Shown: positions 48,501 to 58,448, counted from the stretch's first letter. The stretch: DNA of 64,000 nt from Candidatus Cloacimonadales bacterium (GCA_963677495.2 CAXXOU010000004.1:800001-864000), one strand, 5' to 3'. The notes: generated by a model from the sequence alone, not told the origin. A program made the numbers and translations.

Positions 48501-48879
48501 AAAGTTGCCGTTTAGGTTTAACATTTTTAATGCTTAAAGAATCAGATAACACTATTTTTTTAAAATAGACGAAGCTTTCAGTGATACTTTTTGGTACAAC
48601 GGAATAGCTTACGTAAAGAGTTCCATTAGGTGCAGTTAAGAAATATACAATACCATTATTAGTTTGCACGGAATAGTCTTTATCGATGATCAAAGTATCA
48701 CCCAAAGAGGTGATTGTTAAAGTATTAGCGATTATTGGGGAAGCTTTAAGCTGAAACTCCTTATTAATACCATTACCCTCAATAGTCTCAACTCGGGAAA
48801 GGGGAGAGGAGTAACTCAATCCCCAGATGAAAGATGAGATTATCGATATGGTTATTAATAGAAGGTTCTTCTTCAACAT
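45598..48879 (-). CDS. Very large outer-membrane beta-barrel-like hypothetical protein
   Basis: Signal peptide, PISPEGNSKEL, GKQGPY, DYVIDYSDGSITF, long amphipathic beta region, terminal Phe (LEIKAEF). Confidence 0.8.
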   Translation of the reverse strand: MLKKNLLLITISIISSFIWGLSYSSPLSRVETIEGNGINKEFQLKASPIIANTLTITSLGDTLIIDKDYSVQTNNGIVYFLTAPNGTLYVSYSVVPKSITESFVYFKKIVLSDSLSIKNVKPKRQLFNSNSKLLITGSKTFSISVTRDQGVDLDQSLFLKISGELSNNINIEAQLSDSESPISPEGNSKELSSLDEIYIRLYGKQYELAFGDLESEYSDTKFINYSTKFEGLKASYQTSFNAGGALAVTKAKNAENSFNCLDGKQGPYYLSIADNPYNLLIVPGTEVVYINGVEASRGSDYVIDYSDGSITFIKIVNSNTSIRVTFQYSNEKYNQNLYLANAGINLFENLRFDTYLISRSDNRNQPIDTDFTDDELDALKDSGDAAIYVNGVLGPFDSGLGQYVLSDSGDYYVHSDTLGVYDISFTYFGLGQGDYSEISPSVYEYRGTGEGEWLPLKQLYAPELKNNIDFSLKYGSDWFKVTSEAIYTHYDKNTFSSKDDSDNDSWSGFGKLLVKPNWDKVSPYLSFSATLLGKDRDLFADIKDAGDSYSLIYLPPSDTVSVKEYDLSAGTSISDKFKFDLKLKHNDSKDLFTQNYAKLSTSISQISDYNPSINYSLLLTQEEYEDYIYSESDTERHELLLSYVYRYLNLTGAYANYSSKQNPLVVNETGTRYVSYTSGLGTQDLKHYQGNASYRIEQNDTLSVSNDWDRSKDTYTISTQHSLNYQDYHFNLFYNHSQVNDKVDDNKQNVDLVKLSSITGFLDNTMNLNCNYEVNNLEFYPQVRSLVYVGEEEGIYDENGEFEEELLYDYEYINSGDSELSIELNADTSLFIDFKSLFKEGLLSGIQSESYAQVTENSRSDKRWDVYLLRPSTTFNDSTSIYSNRLLRQTFWLDLIPKKCFSVLSYESNETLDNRYLSEFDNATETMETIYDSSIRLNDLLTLDWDFGYRRTDGKDSKYSSDVSQNNISLDIEKKLSTKLILRNQLSYQLEEGSKQSGDDDYEITSLSVSPSATWYYKRFKINSSFDFTSNTRTGSSFLTNYSGKRDGVITNWALKVFYKFNKYTSANLDYTGNSYPDDPTEHKLTLEIKAEF

Positions 48880-49338
48880 CTAGTATATTTTAACCTTATA
48901 GTTCACTAACTTTGAGTTTTCATAAACAAATTTAGCAGAGAAGAATTTACCTTCAAACATCCATTTCAGAAAAAGATGGTCACCTTCCCATAATGGTAGT
49001 TGGAAGAGCATATCATCATCAATCCATTCAAGGTTCCCCTCAGGAGAATCAATAAGTTCACCGGAGAATCCCGTAACCTCATATAAATAGACATACCAAT
49101 CGTTCTTACCATCAAAAAGAGGGAATGTAAGTACACCGGCTAGCCTATAGTCATTAATAGTTAAACCACTTTCTTCTAGAACTTCACGTTCTAAGCATTC
49201 TTCCGGTGATTCTCCCTTTTCGAATTTACCACCAAGACCATTCCATTTATCTTTATGGATATCGTTCTCTTTTTTCACCCTATGAAGCATCAGGGTTTTA
49301 TTATCATTTCTAATATAACATAGTGTTGCTTGTATCAT
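48880..49338 (-). CDS. NUDIX hydrolase, 8-oxo-dGTP diphosphatase (MutT/MutX-like)
   Basis: GGKFEKGESPEECLEREVLEESG Nudix box; ATLCYI, LWEGD. Confidence 0.92.
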   Translation of the reverse strand: MIQATLCYIRNDNKTLMLHRVKKENDIHKDKWNGLGGKFEKGESPEECLEREVLEESGLTINDYRLAGVLTFPLFDGKNDWYVYLYEVTGFSGELIDSPEGNLEWIDDDMLFQLPLWEGDHLFLKWMFEGKFFSAKFVYENSKLVNYKVKIY

Positions 49339-49346
49339 AAATACCT

Positions 49347-51026
49347 CTAAAACTTAGTTTCTAAACCAAAGTGTAACATACCGTTCATGGGGGAAGTCCA
49401 TTCGTTTGAATCATATCCAAGAGCATAATCTATACCTAAAATACCAACCGGAGTTGATAGCCTTAATCCTAATCCGGTACCAATAAGATTGTATTGAGAT
49501 TTTTCCTCATCCACATCTTTGTATTGCATAACACCATAATCGAAGAATAAATGCATCCTGGAATCTCTATTTAGCAGATAGCGTAGCTCAATATTACTCC
49601 AACCTGTAAGGTATCCATTAAATCTTTGCTCTGCAAAACCTCTTAGACTATTGAAACCACCCATTCTATATTGATTGTATATTTCAACATCATGATCAGT
49701 AACATAATTTCCGTTTACACCAAACATAAAGACAAGGTTCTTAGTTATTGTCTCATAATTGTGCCAACTTAACTCGGTGTGTTCTCTCTCGGAAGTCAAG
49801 GAATCTGATTCAACATATGTGAATCTAAATCTTACATCAAGCTCCATACCGGTAGTGGGGTTTAATGAGTAATCAACATTTGAATGTCGCCAGAAGAACC
49901 CGATTGAATACTGCTTTTCAGGTTCTATAGTGATTGGTCTTCTCGAACCGGCTGCAATGTCATTATAACCTATTTCTAATCCATATCGATTCTTTAGATT
50001 GTAGTAATAGATCTCAGAGGTGACACTAGAGTCAATGTATGTTGAATCCTGCTCCACTCTATTTAACTCAATATTACCACCTACAGGGATATTTATTGGT
50101 CCCGAATCTTCATAGTAAAGATTTAATTGGCTGTAATCGTTTGGGTAGCTTTCCCAATTGAAATGAAGATTTCTATCGGTACCAAAGAGATTTAAAAACT
50201 TAAAGTTGATATATCCACTAAACTGACTTCCGGCTTCTTCTGAATTGTCATAACCGGCTAATCCTGATAGATAAGTCATTTTATCCTCTTGAATGTCAAA
50301 CATTAGGGTGCTTTCATCAATAGGAAAGATATTGCATTCGCGAATATATTCCTTCTTTCTTATATTTTCGGATGCTTGCTCTAATACATCAGGAGAATAG
50401 GAGCTATTGCTTCTTATACCTGAAATCTTCACTAGGATATCATCTTTAGTAACTTTATTACCTCTGAAGGAGAACTTTTTAAAGTGACAGGGCTTACCCT
50501 CATCTATTCGTATGATTGCTTTAAATGTACCATTAAGACTAACCATTTCATCTATCTTTGTTTGAACGAAAAGATAGTTCCTGCTAATATATAAATCGGT
50601 AGTTTGTTTTAGTATGTCATTAAGATCTGCCAGCTCAATAGGTAACTTAAGATGTAACTTATCCTTGAGTTTAGATTCTGAGAAATATTTGTTACCAACA
50701 AACTCAATATTACTGATAATAATTGATTTCTCGTTTCTAATCTTAAAGATAACTGTGACAGTGTTGTTTGAGATTGGAACGATCTCCGGATTCGCTATTT
50801 CAACCAAATGCAGATTACTTTTTTTATAGTATTCAAGTAATCTTTGCTTATCAGCAAGGAGTACATCATTATTGAATGGATCACCTTGCTTAGTGCTGAC
50901 TATCTTTTCTAGTACTTTATCAGGGAAATGCGTATTGCCTTCAAAAGTTATCTCACTAATGATTACTTCACAACTTGCATTGATTGCAATAATTAGAATG
51001 GTTAATAACAGGAGTTTTCTTAGCAT
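49347..51026 (-). CDS. BamA/TamA (Omp85) family outer-membrane protein with POTRA domains
   Basis: Three POTRA starts (ITFEGN, IEFVGN, FSFRGN), NLFGT, GGFNSLRGF, C-terminal HFGLETKF. Confidence 0.9.
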   Translation of the reverse strand: MLRKLLLLTILIIAINASCEVIISEITFEGNTHFPDKVLEKIVSTKQGDPFNNDVLLADKQRLLEYYKKSNLHLVEIANPEIVPISNNTVTVIFKIRNEKSIIISNIEFVGNKYFSESKLKDKLHLKLPIELADLNDILKQTTDLYISRNYLFVQTKIDEMVSLNGTFKAIIRIDEGKPCHFKKFSFRGNKVTKDDILVKISGIRSNSSYSPDVLEQASENIRKKEYIRECNIFPIDESTLMFDIQEDKMTYLSGLAGYDNSEEAGSQFSGYINFKFLNLFGTDRNLHFNWESYPNDYSQLNLYYEDSGPINIPVGGNIELNRVEQDSTYIDSSVTSEIYYYNLKNRYGLEIGYNDIAAGSRRPITIEPEKQYSIGFFWRHSNVDYSLNPTTGMELDVRFRFTYVESDSLTSEREHTELSWHNYETITKNLVFMFGVNGNYVTDHDVEIYNQYRMGGFNSLRGFAEQRFNGYLTGWSNIELRYLLNRDSRMHLFFDYGVMQYKDVDEEKSQYNLIGTGLGLRLSTPVGILGIDYALGYDSNEWTSPMNGMLHFGLETKF

Positions 51027-52078
51027 TAATTATGATTTGCAATAAGCTTAATTAGTTCTGGTAACAGCTCAGCTTCCGGAACCTTTTTGATTATCTCACC
51101 TCTTCTAAAGAGAAGACCCTCACCATTTCCTCCAGCTACTCCATAATCAGCTTCTCTAGCTTCACCGGGACCATTGACTATGCATCCCATCACTGCTACT
51201 TTAAGATTCAAATCAGAGTAGGGAAGAAGAGCTTTCTCAACCTTATTTGCAAGCTCAATTAGGTCTATTTTAGTTCTACCACAAGTTGGGCATGAGATTA
51301 TTTGTAAGCCTTGCTTTAGATCGAGTGATTTAAGTATAGTTTTTGCAATCAATACTTCTTCCACAGGATCTCCCGTAAGAGAAACTCGGATAGTATCACC
51401 AATTCCTTCACTGAGAAGTACTCCCATACCAATAGAGGATTTAACCGTAGCAGAGAGATAAGTCCCTGCTTCCGTAACACCTAAATGTAAAGGGTAGTCC
51501 ACTTTCTTACTAAGTAATCTATAGCTATCAATCATCATTTGGAGGTCAGAGCTTTTCACAGATATTTTCATATCATAAAAGGACAGATCTTCAAGAATCT
51601 TTACATGTTCTAGAGCTGATTCTACCAATGCTTGGGGAGTAACACCATATTTGTTGATGAGTTTTTTATCCAATGAACCTGCATTTACACCAATGCGAAT
51701 AGGAACGTTATTGGCTTTAGCTGCGGAAACAACTTCTTTAACTCTATCTATGCTTCCAATGTTACCGGGGTTAATTCTTAAACCTTGAATTCCTGCATCA
51801 ATAGCACCAAGAGCTAGTTTGTAATCAAAATGAATATCTGCAATAAGAGGAATAGAGATTTGCTTAATAATCTCAGGTAATGCCTTAACTGCATCTACAT
51901 CGGGAACTGCACTACGTATTATATCACATCCAACAGCTTCGATTCTATGTATTTGCTCTATTGTTTTTGAAACGTCAGATGTATTGGTATTTGTCATTGA
52001 TTGAATAGAGATAGGAGCATCCCCACCAATTAAAACATCACCAACTCTAATTTGTTTTGTAGATTTTCTATGTTGCAT
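51026..52078 (-). CDS. ispG: 4-hydroxy-3-methylbut-2-en-1-yl diphosphate synthase
   Basis: IQSMTNT, ADIHFDY, RINPGNIG, LHLGVTEAG, SCPTCGR, MGCIVNGPGE. Confidence 0.98.
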   Translation of the reverse strand: MQHRKSTKQIRVGDVLIGGDAPISIQSMTNTNTSDVSKTIEQIHRIEAVGCDIIRSAVPDVDAVKALPEIIKQISIPLIADIHFDYKLALGAIDAGIQGLRINPGNIGSIDRVKEVVSAAKANNVPIRIGVNAGSLDKKLINKYGVTPQALVESALEHVKILEDLSFYDMKISVKSSDLQMMIDSYRLLSKKVDYPLHLGVTEAGTYLSATVKSSIGMGVLLSEGIGDTIRVSLTGDPVEEVLIAKTILKSLDLKQGLQIISCPTCGRTKIDLIELANKVEKALLPYSDLNLKVAVMGCIVNGPGEAREADYGVAGGNGEGLLFRRGEIIKKVPEAELLPELIKLIANHN

Positions 52079-52249
52079 TTACATTCCTTATCTAGTATTG
52101 TAGGAATGATTCAGCATTAAGTTGTTGAGTCAAGAAATATCCTTAAAGGAGTTCTTCAGAGTGAAACTTGTGAGTGAAAAAGGACTTCTTGGAAATTAAT
52201 TAATATCACTAGCAAATCGAAGAACTGGCAATAATTCAAGAGACATCTT

Positions 52250-52332
52250 ACCACGGATTGACCACAGGTAAACTACGCCTAAACCAAGGGAGCCGTGGTC
52301 AACCCTTGGTCAATCCGTGGTTTACCCGTGGT
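52250..52332. repeat. Family-C 11-bp-periodic palindrome
   Basis: ACCAC/ACCAC/ACTAC/ACCAA at 52250/52261/52272/52283; GTGGT/TTGGT/GTGGT/GTGGT at 52295/52306/52317/52328. Confidence 0.85.
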
Positions 52333-52383
52333 CAAGTATTTGGGATGTATGAAAACAAGGAAGAGGTGTTTGATTAAAAAAGT

Positions 52384-52410
52384 AAAAGAAGGGAGCATTA
52401 AGCTCCCTTC
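52384..52410 (-). terminator. Rho-independent terminator of the TetR gene
   Basis: GAAGGGAGC-attaa-GCTCCCTTC with a T run on the minus strand. Confidence 0.75.
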
Positions 52411-52430
52411 AAAATATGGTAAACATAAGA

Positions 52431-53003
52431 CTATTTAAGGATACCTGTTAGCATAACACTAAAGGCTTGTTTAACACTCTTATCTAGGTTGAACTTACGA
52501 TCTTTAACAATGTCAGCATCCATGATTCTGTACAAAACACCTGATACTAATAAGTACATTGCATTAACAGAAATATCTTTAACTGCTTTAGCTTCAACAC
52601 CTACATTATAGATTTCAGTAAGCATCTCTTTTTCAAAAGTAACATTGAGTTCTTTCTCTTTATTGAGAAGTTTGCGATGTTTGTTAGGAAGGTTACTAAC
52701 TTTAAAGATTTCGCTGAAAGAAGGTTCATCAACAACTTGGTCAAATTTTGTCATGAAGAATGCTTCGAGTTTCTTCTCAAATGTAGTAGCCTTTTTAACT
52801 TTGTCAGTAACTTCTTTTCTTAGACTTGCATATTTGTTAGCAAGCATCTCCCCAAAAAGATGATCTCTGTTTTCAAAGTAGTAATAAATCGCAGTTTTTC
52901 TTAAACCAATCTCGTAAGCAACATCTTCAAGGGTTGCTTTAGCAAATCCGTAACGAACAAATACTGTTTCGGCTGCTTGTAAAATTTCTTCTTTTCTGTC
53001 CAT
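52431..53003 (-). CDS. TetR/AcrR family transcriptional regulator
   Basis: RKEEILQAAETVFVRYGFAKATLEDVAYEIGLRKTAIYYYF; ATG 53003 after an AGGAG RBS. Confidence 0.93.
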   Translation of the reverse strand: MDRKEEILQAAETVFVRYGFAKATLEDVAYEIGLRKTAIYYYFENRDHLFGEMLANKYASLRKEVTDKVKKATTFEKKLEAFFMTKFDQVVDEPSFSEIFKVSNLPNKHRKLLNKEKELNVTFEKEMLTEIYNVGVEAKAVKDISVNAMYLLVSGVLYRIMDADIVKDRKFNLDKSVKQAFSVMLTGILK

Positions 53004-53196
53004 TCTAACTCCTTTAAGTTTGAACACTAAATACATAAAGATGGTATTATAGTGTAGAGGGATTTTTTAACATTATTCCATTTTTCTTTCCTATAAAACC
53101 ACTTTTACAGTATTGTTATATTTATGGCAAGAAAAATTTAGACTTTTTCTAATATCGCAAAAAGAGCTTGGAGCCCAATTTTACAAGCAATGGTAC

Positions 53197-53976
53197 TTAT
53201 TTGAATAAAGATATACTTTCAGGAACTAAATCTAAGTCGGTATAGTTTACGTTTGTTAAATAAAGTCCGTTAGGTGGAGCAGTGAACATTACTTTTTGGT
53301 TAGCTTTCTTTCCATTTAAGAAATCAGTAATAATTTCAGGATTCATCTGATGATGAGAGATGGTCGCAAGGCATCCTATGATTCTGCGAACCATGTTATG
53401 TAGAAATCTATTAGCTGAGATAGTGAATATAAAGTCGTTATCTTTTACCTGTATATCAAGTCTTTTAAGATTACAAATTGTGTTCTCTATTTGTGGGTTT
53501 GGTTTAGAAAAAGCATCAAAATCATGTGTACCAAGAAACAAAGGCAGGGCAGAGGATATTAAATCCAAATCAAGCTTATGATGCGGTAAGAAACTCTTAT
53601 ATTTTACATTGAATGGGTTTTTTTTAGTTGTAAGAATGTAATTGTAGGTTCGTTCATAGGCATTGAACCGTGCATTGAAATTTGCCGGTACTTTCCAAAA
53701 CTTCAATGGTCGCACACTATGAGTATCTAAGGCTGTTATTAATGCCATAACAAATCTTTCTTCAGGTATATCAATTGGGAAATCGAAATGGGCGTATTGA
53801 CAAGTAGCGTGGACTCCTGTATCTGTACGTCCTGAACCTGTTATTTTTATCTCTTTTTTTGCTATTTTTGTAAGAGCATTCTCTAGAGATTCCTGAACGG
53901 TATAGGCATTCTTCTGCCTTTGCCATCCATGGAATACGCTACCATCATAGGCTAATTGTACTAAATATCTCTGCAT
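53197..53976 (-). CDS. truA: tRNA pseudouridine(38-40) synthase
   Basis: YDGSVFHGWQ, GSGRTDTGVHA, FNARF, FLHNMVR, TAPPNGLYL. Confidence 0.97.
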   Translation of the reverse strand: MQRYLVQLAYDGSVFHGWQRQKNAYTVQESLENALTKIAKKEIKITGSGRTDTGVHATCQYAHFDFPIDIPEERFVMALITALDTHSVRPLKFWKVPANFNARFNAYERTYNYILTTKKNPFNVKYKSFLPHHKLDLDLISSALPLFLGTHDFDAFSKPNPQIENTICNLKRLDIQVKDNDFIFTISANRFLHNMVRRIIGCLATISHHQMNPEIITDFLNGKKANQKVMFTAPPNGLYLTNVNYTDLDLVPESISLFK

Positions 53977-54634
53977 AGTTTATTGGGTAGTTTGTGATAA
54001 ATGTGAGCATGATTATGATTAATAATACCAGCGGAACATCTCTCCAAGTTCTAGGTTTCATATTAGTTATCTTTGAGTGTATCTCGCTTTCAACTTGCTC
54101 TTGAATAAGCTCTTTTGATTCCCAAACTTCAACAAAAGAATTTGTGTAAGCTGAAACTATAGTTCCAATACTTTTATTCTGGATTTCTGATACATGTGCT
54201 TTGTTATACTCTATGAATCTATCAATTATGGAACCACAAAGCAGCATCAATCCAAGTGAGCTTCTAACAACTCTTAGATGAGTAATGTTCTTCAAATCCG
54301 TTAATATTGTCTTTGCATCAAAAGAAGTGAATACAAAGCAGGATATTAGCACCAGAAGGCTCATCTTAGTTGAGAAAAAGATAGAATTATTATAATCTGT
54401 TTTAAACAAAAGTGCTAAGATATGATAACTTAGGAAGAAAGGCATCAACCTAAGCATTATTGAGCCCCAATTCCTGATTAGTTCTTTGTCAAACACAAGT
54501 AAACTAAAAACAATTAATTGCGCGAAGATAATGAATATGTCTTTCGCAACTACTGCTGCTACTAAAGCTATGATTATCAGTATACTTTTTATGTAGCTAT
54601 TCACAAGCAGTAATGCTTTAGATCTCTTTAACAT
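53945..54634 (-). CDS. Membrane protein, weakly EcfT/CbiQ-like
   Basis: 5-6 TM segments, long amphipathic helices, C-terminal TWRDVPLVLL; overlaps truA. Confidence 0.55.
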   Translation of the reverse strand: MLKRSKALLLVNSYIKSILIIIALVAAVVAKDIFIIFAQLIVFSLLVFDKELIRNWGSIMLRLMPFFLSYHILALLFKTDYNNSIFFSTKMSLLVLISCFVFTSFDAKTILTDLKNITHLRVVRSSLGLMLLCGSIIDRFIEYNKAHVSEIQNKSIGTIVSAYTNSFVEVWESKELIQEQVESEIHSKITNMKPRTWRDVPLVLLIIIMLTFITNYPINYAEIFSTISL

Positions 54635-54640
54635 CAGATA

Positions 54641-56650
54641 TTATTCAGTTAGTTCTTCGACTATTTCAGATTTCTTCTGAGGTTTAAGCTCTTTTAACTC
54701 AACTTCTTCAATTGGTTCCTCTTGCTCAATATCAAGTGTATCATGAATAACTTCTTCCTGAACATTCAAAGAATCAATGTCATCTTTAACTTCAGTCTTC
54801 ACGAACGTGCCTTCTTGATAAAATGTTCTGACATTAACTCTATATTTATCATCAAAATCCTCATCAAGAAGTTTATCAAAGAACGGTTTGGCTGAAACTG
54901 AATCATCCAAAACAAACTTGTATACAAAACCTGAAGTATAGAGTGAATTTAAGTAGAATTTAGATAATGGGTCATTAGCGAACTCAGCTAAGAGTTTAAT
55001 CGAAGAATCAGGGTTATTGTACATATTCTCAACCGCTAAATCATACTTCTGCAAGTTCTTTTGTTGTAAAGGTGATTCAAGTACTGCTTTCTCGCCATTA
55101 AGCATCAAACTACAAGCATAAGTATACTCGTTTGTAGCATAATTGTTTTTCAAAACATCATAATTGAGCAAAGCGTTTGTAGAATCAGATTTGATCTCTA
55201 AATATATCCATGACTTAACAAAATATGTGAATGGAAGAATCTTAGCTTCGAAATCTGCAAGGGTTGATTCATAGTTTTCAATCTGATTGTTGATAGTTCT
55301 ATACTCGGGACTATTTTCAAACTTAGGTACTTCTACCTTTGTTGTGTCAGTGCTTATTGAATCAACCTGGGTAAGTTTTATTGAATCTTGATATGCAATA
55401 AATTTATCATTTTCGTGGGCTAATTCTATTCTCAATGTATCTAGATGTAATGCTAAAGCTTCCTTAGTCTCGATAATGTTATCATACACAACAAGGGCAG
55501 AATCAGGCATACTCATTACATTAATGAAGTATTCAGCTAGCTTGAATTGCTCATCTACCAATGATTCCGGATTGAGATTCCTATCTGGATCGGAAAGTAA
55601 TTGAATCTGACTTGCAACTGAGCTTTTAGTAATCGCTGCTTCTACGAACTCTGATTTCTTATATTCAGTTTTCACTTTGTTGTAGTACACAATTGCTTCT
55701 GCATAATCAAAGGAAGTATAGAGATAATATTCACCAAGTAAAAAGGCACATTCAGCTGAGATAGCTGTCCTGGAATGGTTATCCAGTATGAATTTCATGT
55801 CATCAACAAATCCGTCAGCATCACCGTTAGCAAGCTTGATTCTTCCTCTAAGCATTTTTACATATGGGATTCTATCATTTCTGCTTTCTTTTTTTAGAAG
55901 CTTTTTTACTATCTTTTGAGCTTTTACCAAATCATCTTGATAATAATAACTATAGGCAAGATAAAATCTGGCATCAAGCTTCATCTCATTCTGAAGTCTC
56001 AATCTTAAAAGTGAGGAAAGTACTTCTATTGATCTATCATAATCTTTGGCCTGATGATATGTTTTACCAAGTAAGAAGTACGCTTCTTCGTATTCATCAC
56101 TTTTTTTACCATTATCCAATATTTTCTGAAGATGATATGTAGCTTTTGTATATTCATCATCTTCCAGACTAAACTCAGCAATGAGGAGATGAGCTCGATT
56201 ATACCATTCACTATTTTCCGGAGCAATAAGGAAATCAGTGACATATTTGTTCAGATCTTCATCTTTATGCATACGTCTAAACAGTCGCATTACATATAAA
56301 CGAGCTTCCGGAGTAAATTCACTATCCGGGAAATTATTGATTAATTCATTGAATTGCTTCAATGCTTTATGTGGGTTAGTCTTCTTGTAAAAGAGAGCCC
56401 TGGCCATAAGGAAAGCAGCATCATCAGTCCATTTACTATTCTTGTAATTAGTAATGATTTTACCACATTTCTTCACTACTGCGTTATATTCTTTTATTGC
56501 TTGAGCCGAAGGTCGACCATGTGAGTTTAGAGGTCTTTCTTGAGCTAATTCAAAATTCTTTCTTGCATTATAAAAAGTGTTATAATAAACACAGCCACTT
56601 AACAATAATACTACAACTATTATCAGGTAGATACCAGGGATCTTTTTCAA
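54641..56650 (-). CDS. TPR lipoprotein (SprE/PorW-like)
   Basis: Lipobox LLLSGC followed by VYYNTFYNA; SKWTDDA; many TPR units; acidic tail. Confidence 0.8.
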   Translation of the reverse strand: MKKIPGIYLIIVVVLLLSGCVYYNTFYNARKNFELAQERPLNSHGRPSAQAIKEYNAVVKKCGKIITNYKNSKWTDDAAFLMARALFYKKTNPHKALKQFNELINNFPDSEFTPEARLYVMRLFRRMHKDEDLNKYVTDFLIAPENSEWYNRAHLLIAEFSLEDDEYTKATYHLQKILDNGKKSDEYEEAYFLLGKTYHQAKDYDRSIEVLSSLLRLRLQNEMKLDARFYLAYSYYYQDDLVKAQKIVKKLLKKESRNDRIPYVKMLRGRIKLANGDADGFVDDMKFILDNHSRTAISAECAFLLGEYYLYTSFDYAEAIVYYNKVKTEYKKSEFVEAAITKSSVASQIQLLSDPDRNLNPESLVDEQFKLAEYFINVMSMPDSALVVYDNIIETKEALALHLDTLRIELAHENDKFIAYQDSIKLTQVDSISTDTTKVEVPKFENSPEYRTINNQIENYESTLADFEAKILPFTYFVKSWIYLEIKSDSTNALLNYDVLKNNYATNEYTYACSLMLNGEKAVLESPLQQKNLQKYDLAVENMYNNPDSSIKLLAEFANDPLSKFYLNSLYTSGFVYKFVLDDSVSAKPFFDKLLDEDFDDKYRVNVRTFYQEGTFVKTEVKDDIDSLNVQEEVIHDTLDIEQEEPIEEVELKELKPQKKSEIVEELTE

Positions 56651-56660
56651 TTCAAACTTC

Positions 56661-58187
56661 CTATTTCATTTTAAAGTATTTCTCTACTATTTGAGTGAAG
56701 ATAGGACTATCAACTAACTCTTTCATTCTAAGAATGTCAGGTTGCATAAATCTATCTTTCTCTATTTTCTTTACGTCTTTTCGGATTTCAGCTTTAATCT
56801 CTTCAATTATTGGTGAAGATGGGAAATCTCTTGCATCTAATGCCTGACAGCCTGCCATTAGCTCAATTGCAAGTACAAATGATGTGTTTTCTACAACACT
56901 TCTTGCTTTCAGAGATGATACAGAACCCATACTTACATGGTCTTCCTGGTTAGCTGATGTTGGTATAGAATCAACTGATCCAGGATGTGAAAGCACTTTG
57001 TTCTCTGAAACTAAATTAGCTGCTGTTAGCTGTGCAATCATAAACCCGGAATCAACTCCAAGTCTTGATGCTAAGAAAGCATTTAAACCACGGTTTTGAG
57101 CTGGATTAAACATCTGTTCCATTCTTCTCTCTGATATGTTTGCTAATTCACTGACACAAATAGCCATGTTATCAAGCGCAAAAGCTAAAGGTTCGCCATG
57201 GAAATTACCACCGGAGATTACTTCTCTCTCTTCTGGGAAGATGAGAGGATTGTCAGTTGCTGAATTAATCTCTACTTCTAAAACACTTCTAACGTATTTT
57301 AAAGAGTCTCTTACTGCTCCATGAACTTGTGGCGCGCATCTTAAAGAATATGGATCTTGTACATTACCACAATCTTCGTGTGATTTTCTCAATGGACTTT
57401 CAGCAAGTAAGGCTTTCATGTTCCAAGCAGCATCAATCTGTCCCTGATGTGCTCTTACTTTATGAACTAATGGACTAAAGGCTGCATCAGTTCCAAGTAA
57501 TGCATCAACTGAGATCGCTTCTGCAATATCAGCTACTTTACAATAATGTTCAGCTTTTCTGAGTGCTAGTGCACCGATAGCTGCCATAACTTGTGTACCA
57601 TTGTTAAGAGCAAGTCCCTCTTTAGCCGCAAGTTTAACAGGTGTAAGTCCGGCATTTTTCATTGCTTCAGCACCAGGCATCTCTTTACCCTTATATATTG
57701 CTGTACCATAACCAAGCAGTACAAGAGCAAGGTGGGAGAGAGGAGCTAAATCTCCACTGGCACCAACTGAACCTTTCTCAGGGATGATTGGGTGAATGCC
57801 TGTATTTAACATTGCAATCAATGTCTCAAGTGTGGACAATCTGATACCTGAATTACCTTTTGCAAGAACGCTGATACGAAGGAGCATTATCGCTCTGGTT
57901 TCCTCTTCTGTGTAATGATTACCAACACCGGTAGCATGACTAAGAATAAGGTTTTCTTGTAGCTCTTCAAGTTGCTCAGGTGGAATAGTTACTGTTGCGA
58001 ACTTCCCAAATCCGGTTGTGAGACCATATACTACTTTTCCTTCTTTAATAATCTCATCTACGAAGTCACGACACTTGTTGATTTTGACCTTAGATTCTTC
58101 AGTAAGTGCTATTTTCCTATTCTGGAATGCTACTTCCCATATGTTTTCTATTGTGAGTGAATTGCCATCTATGAACAATGTATTCAT
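56661..58187 (-). CDS. hutH: Histidine ammonia-lyase
   Basis: VYGLTTGFG, GSVGASGDLAPL (MIO), KEGLAL, QDPYSLRC, SGGNFHG, QEDHVSMG; ATG 58187 after an AGGAG RBS. Confidence 0.96.
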   Translation of the reverse strand: MNTLFIDGNSLTIENIWEVAFQNRKIALTEESKVKINKCRDFVDEIIKEGKVVYGLTTGFGKFATVTIPPEQLEELQENLILSHATGVGNHYTEEETRAIMLLRISVLAKGNSGIRLSTLETLIAMLNTGIHPIIPEKGSVGASGDLAPLSHLALVLLGYGTAIYKGKEMPGAEAMKNAGLTPVKLAAKEGLALNNGTQVMAAIGALALRKAEHYCKVADIAEAISVDALLGTDAAFSPLVHKVRAHQGQIDAAWNMKALLAESPLRKSHEDCGNVQDPYSLRCAPQVHGAVRDSLKYVRSVLEVEINSATDNPLIFPEEREVISGGNFHGEPLAFALDNMAICVSELANISERRMEQMFNPAQNRGLNAFLASRLGVDSGFMIAQLTAANLVSENKVLSHPGSVDSIPTSANQEDHVSMGSVSSLKARSVVENTSFVLAIELMAGCQALDARDFPSSPIIEEIKAEIRKDVKKIEKDRFMQPDILRMKELVDSPIFTQIVEKYFKMK

Positions 58188-58448
58188 CAGAAATCTCCTA
58201 TTGATATTATTTTTTTTCAAATTTTACAGTTTATCATCTTTTGTCAATATGATAGGTGTAGGAAATGATATATTTCTATTGTAAGGCAGTCAGTAGTAGG
58301 ATCTGTATGGAGAACTACTTCTTTGTTGGTGTACGTATCAAGCTGTAGCTTTAGTAAGAGCTAAAGCGTTTTTGAGAAGACTGGACCGTAATGTAAGTTA
58401 CTTCTTGGTATAGAAATCTTTCAATGATTCATTTTGTTGTATTGAGCT

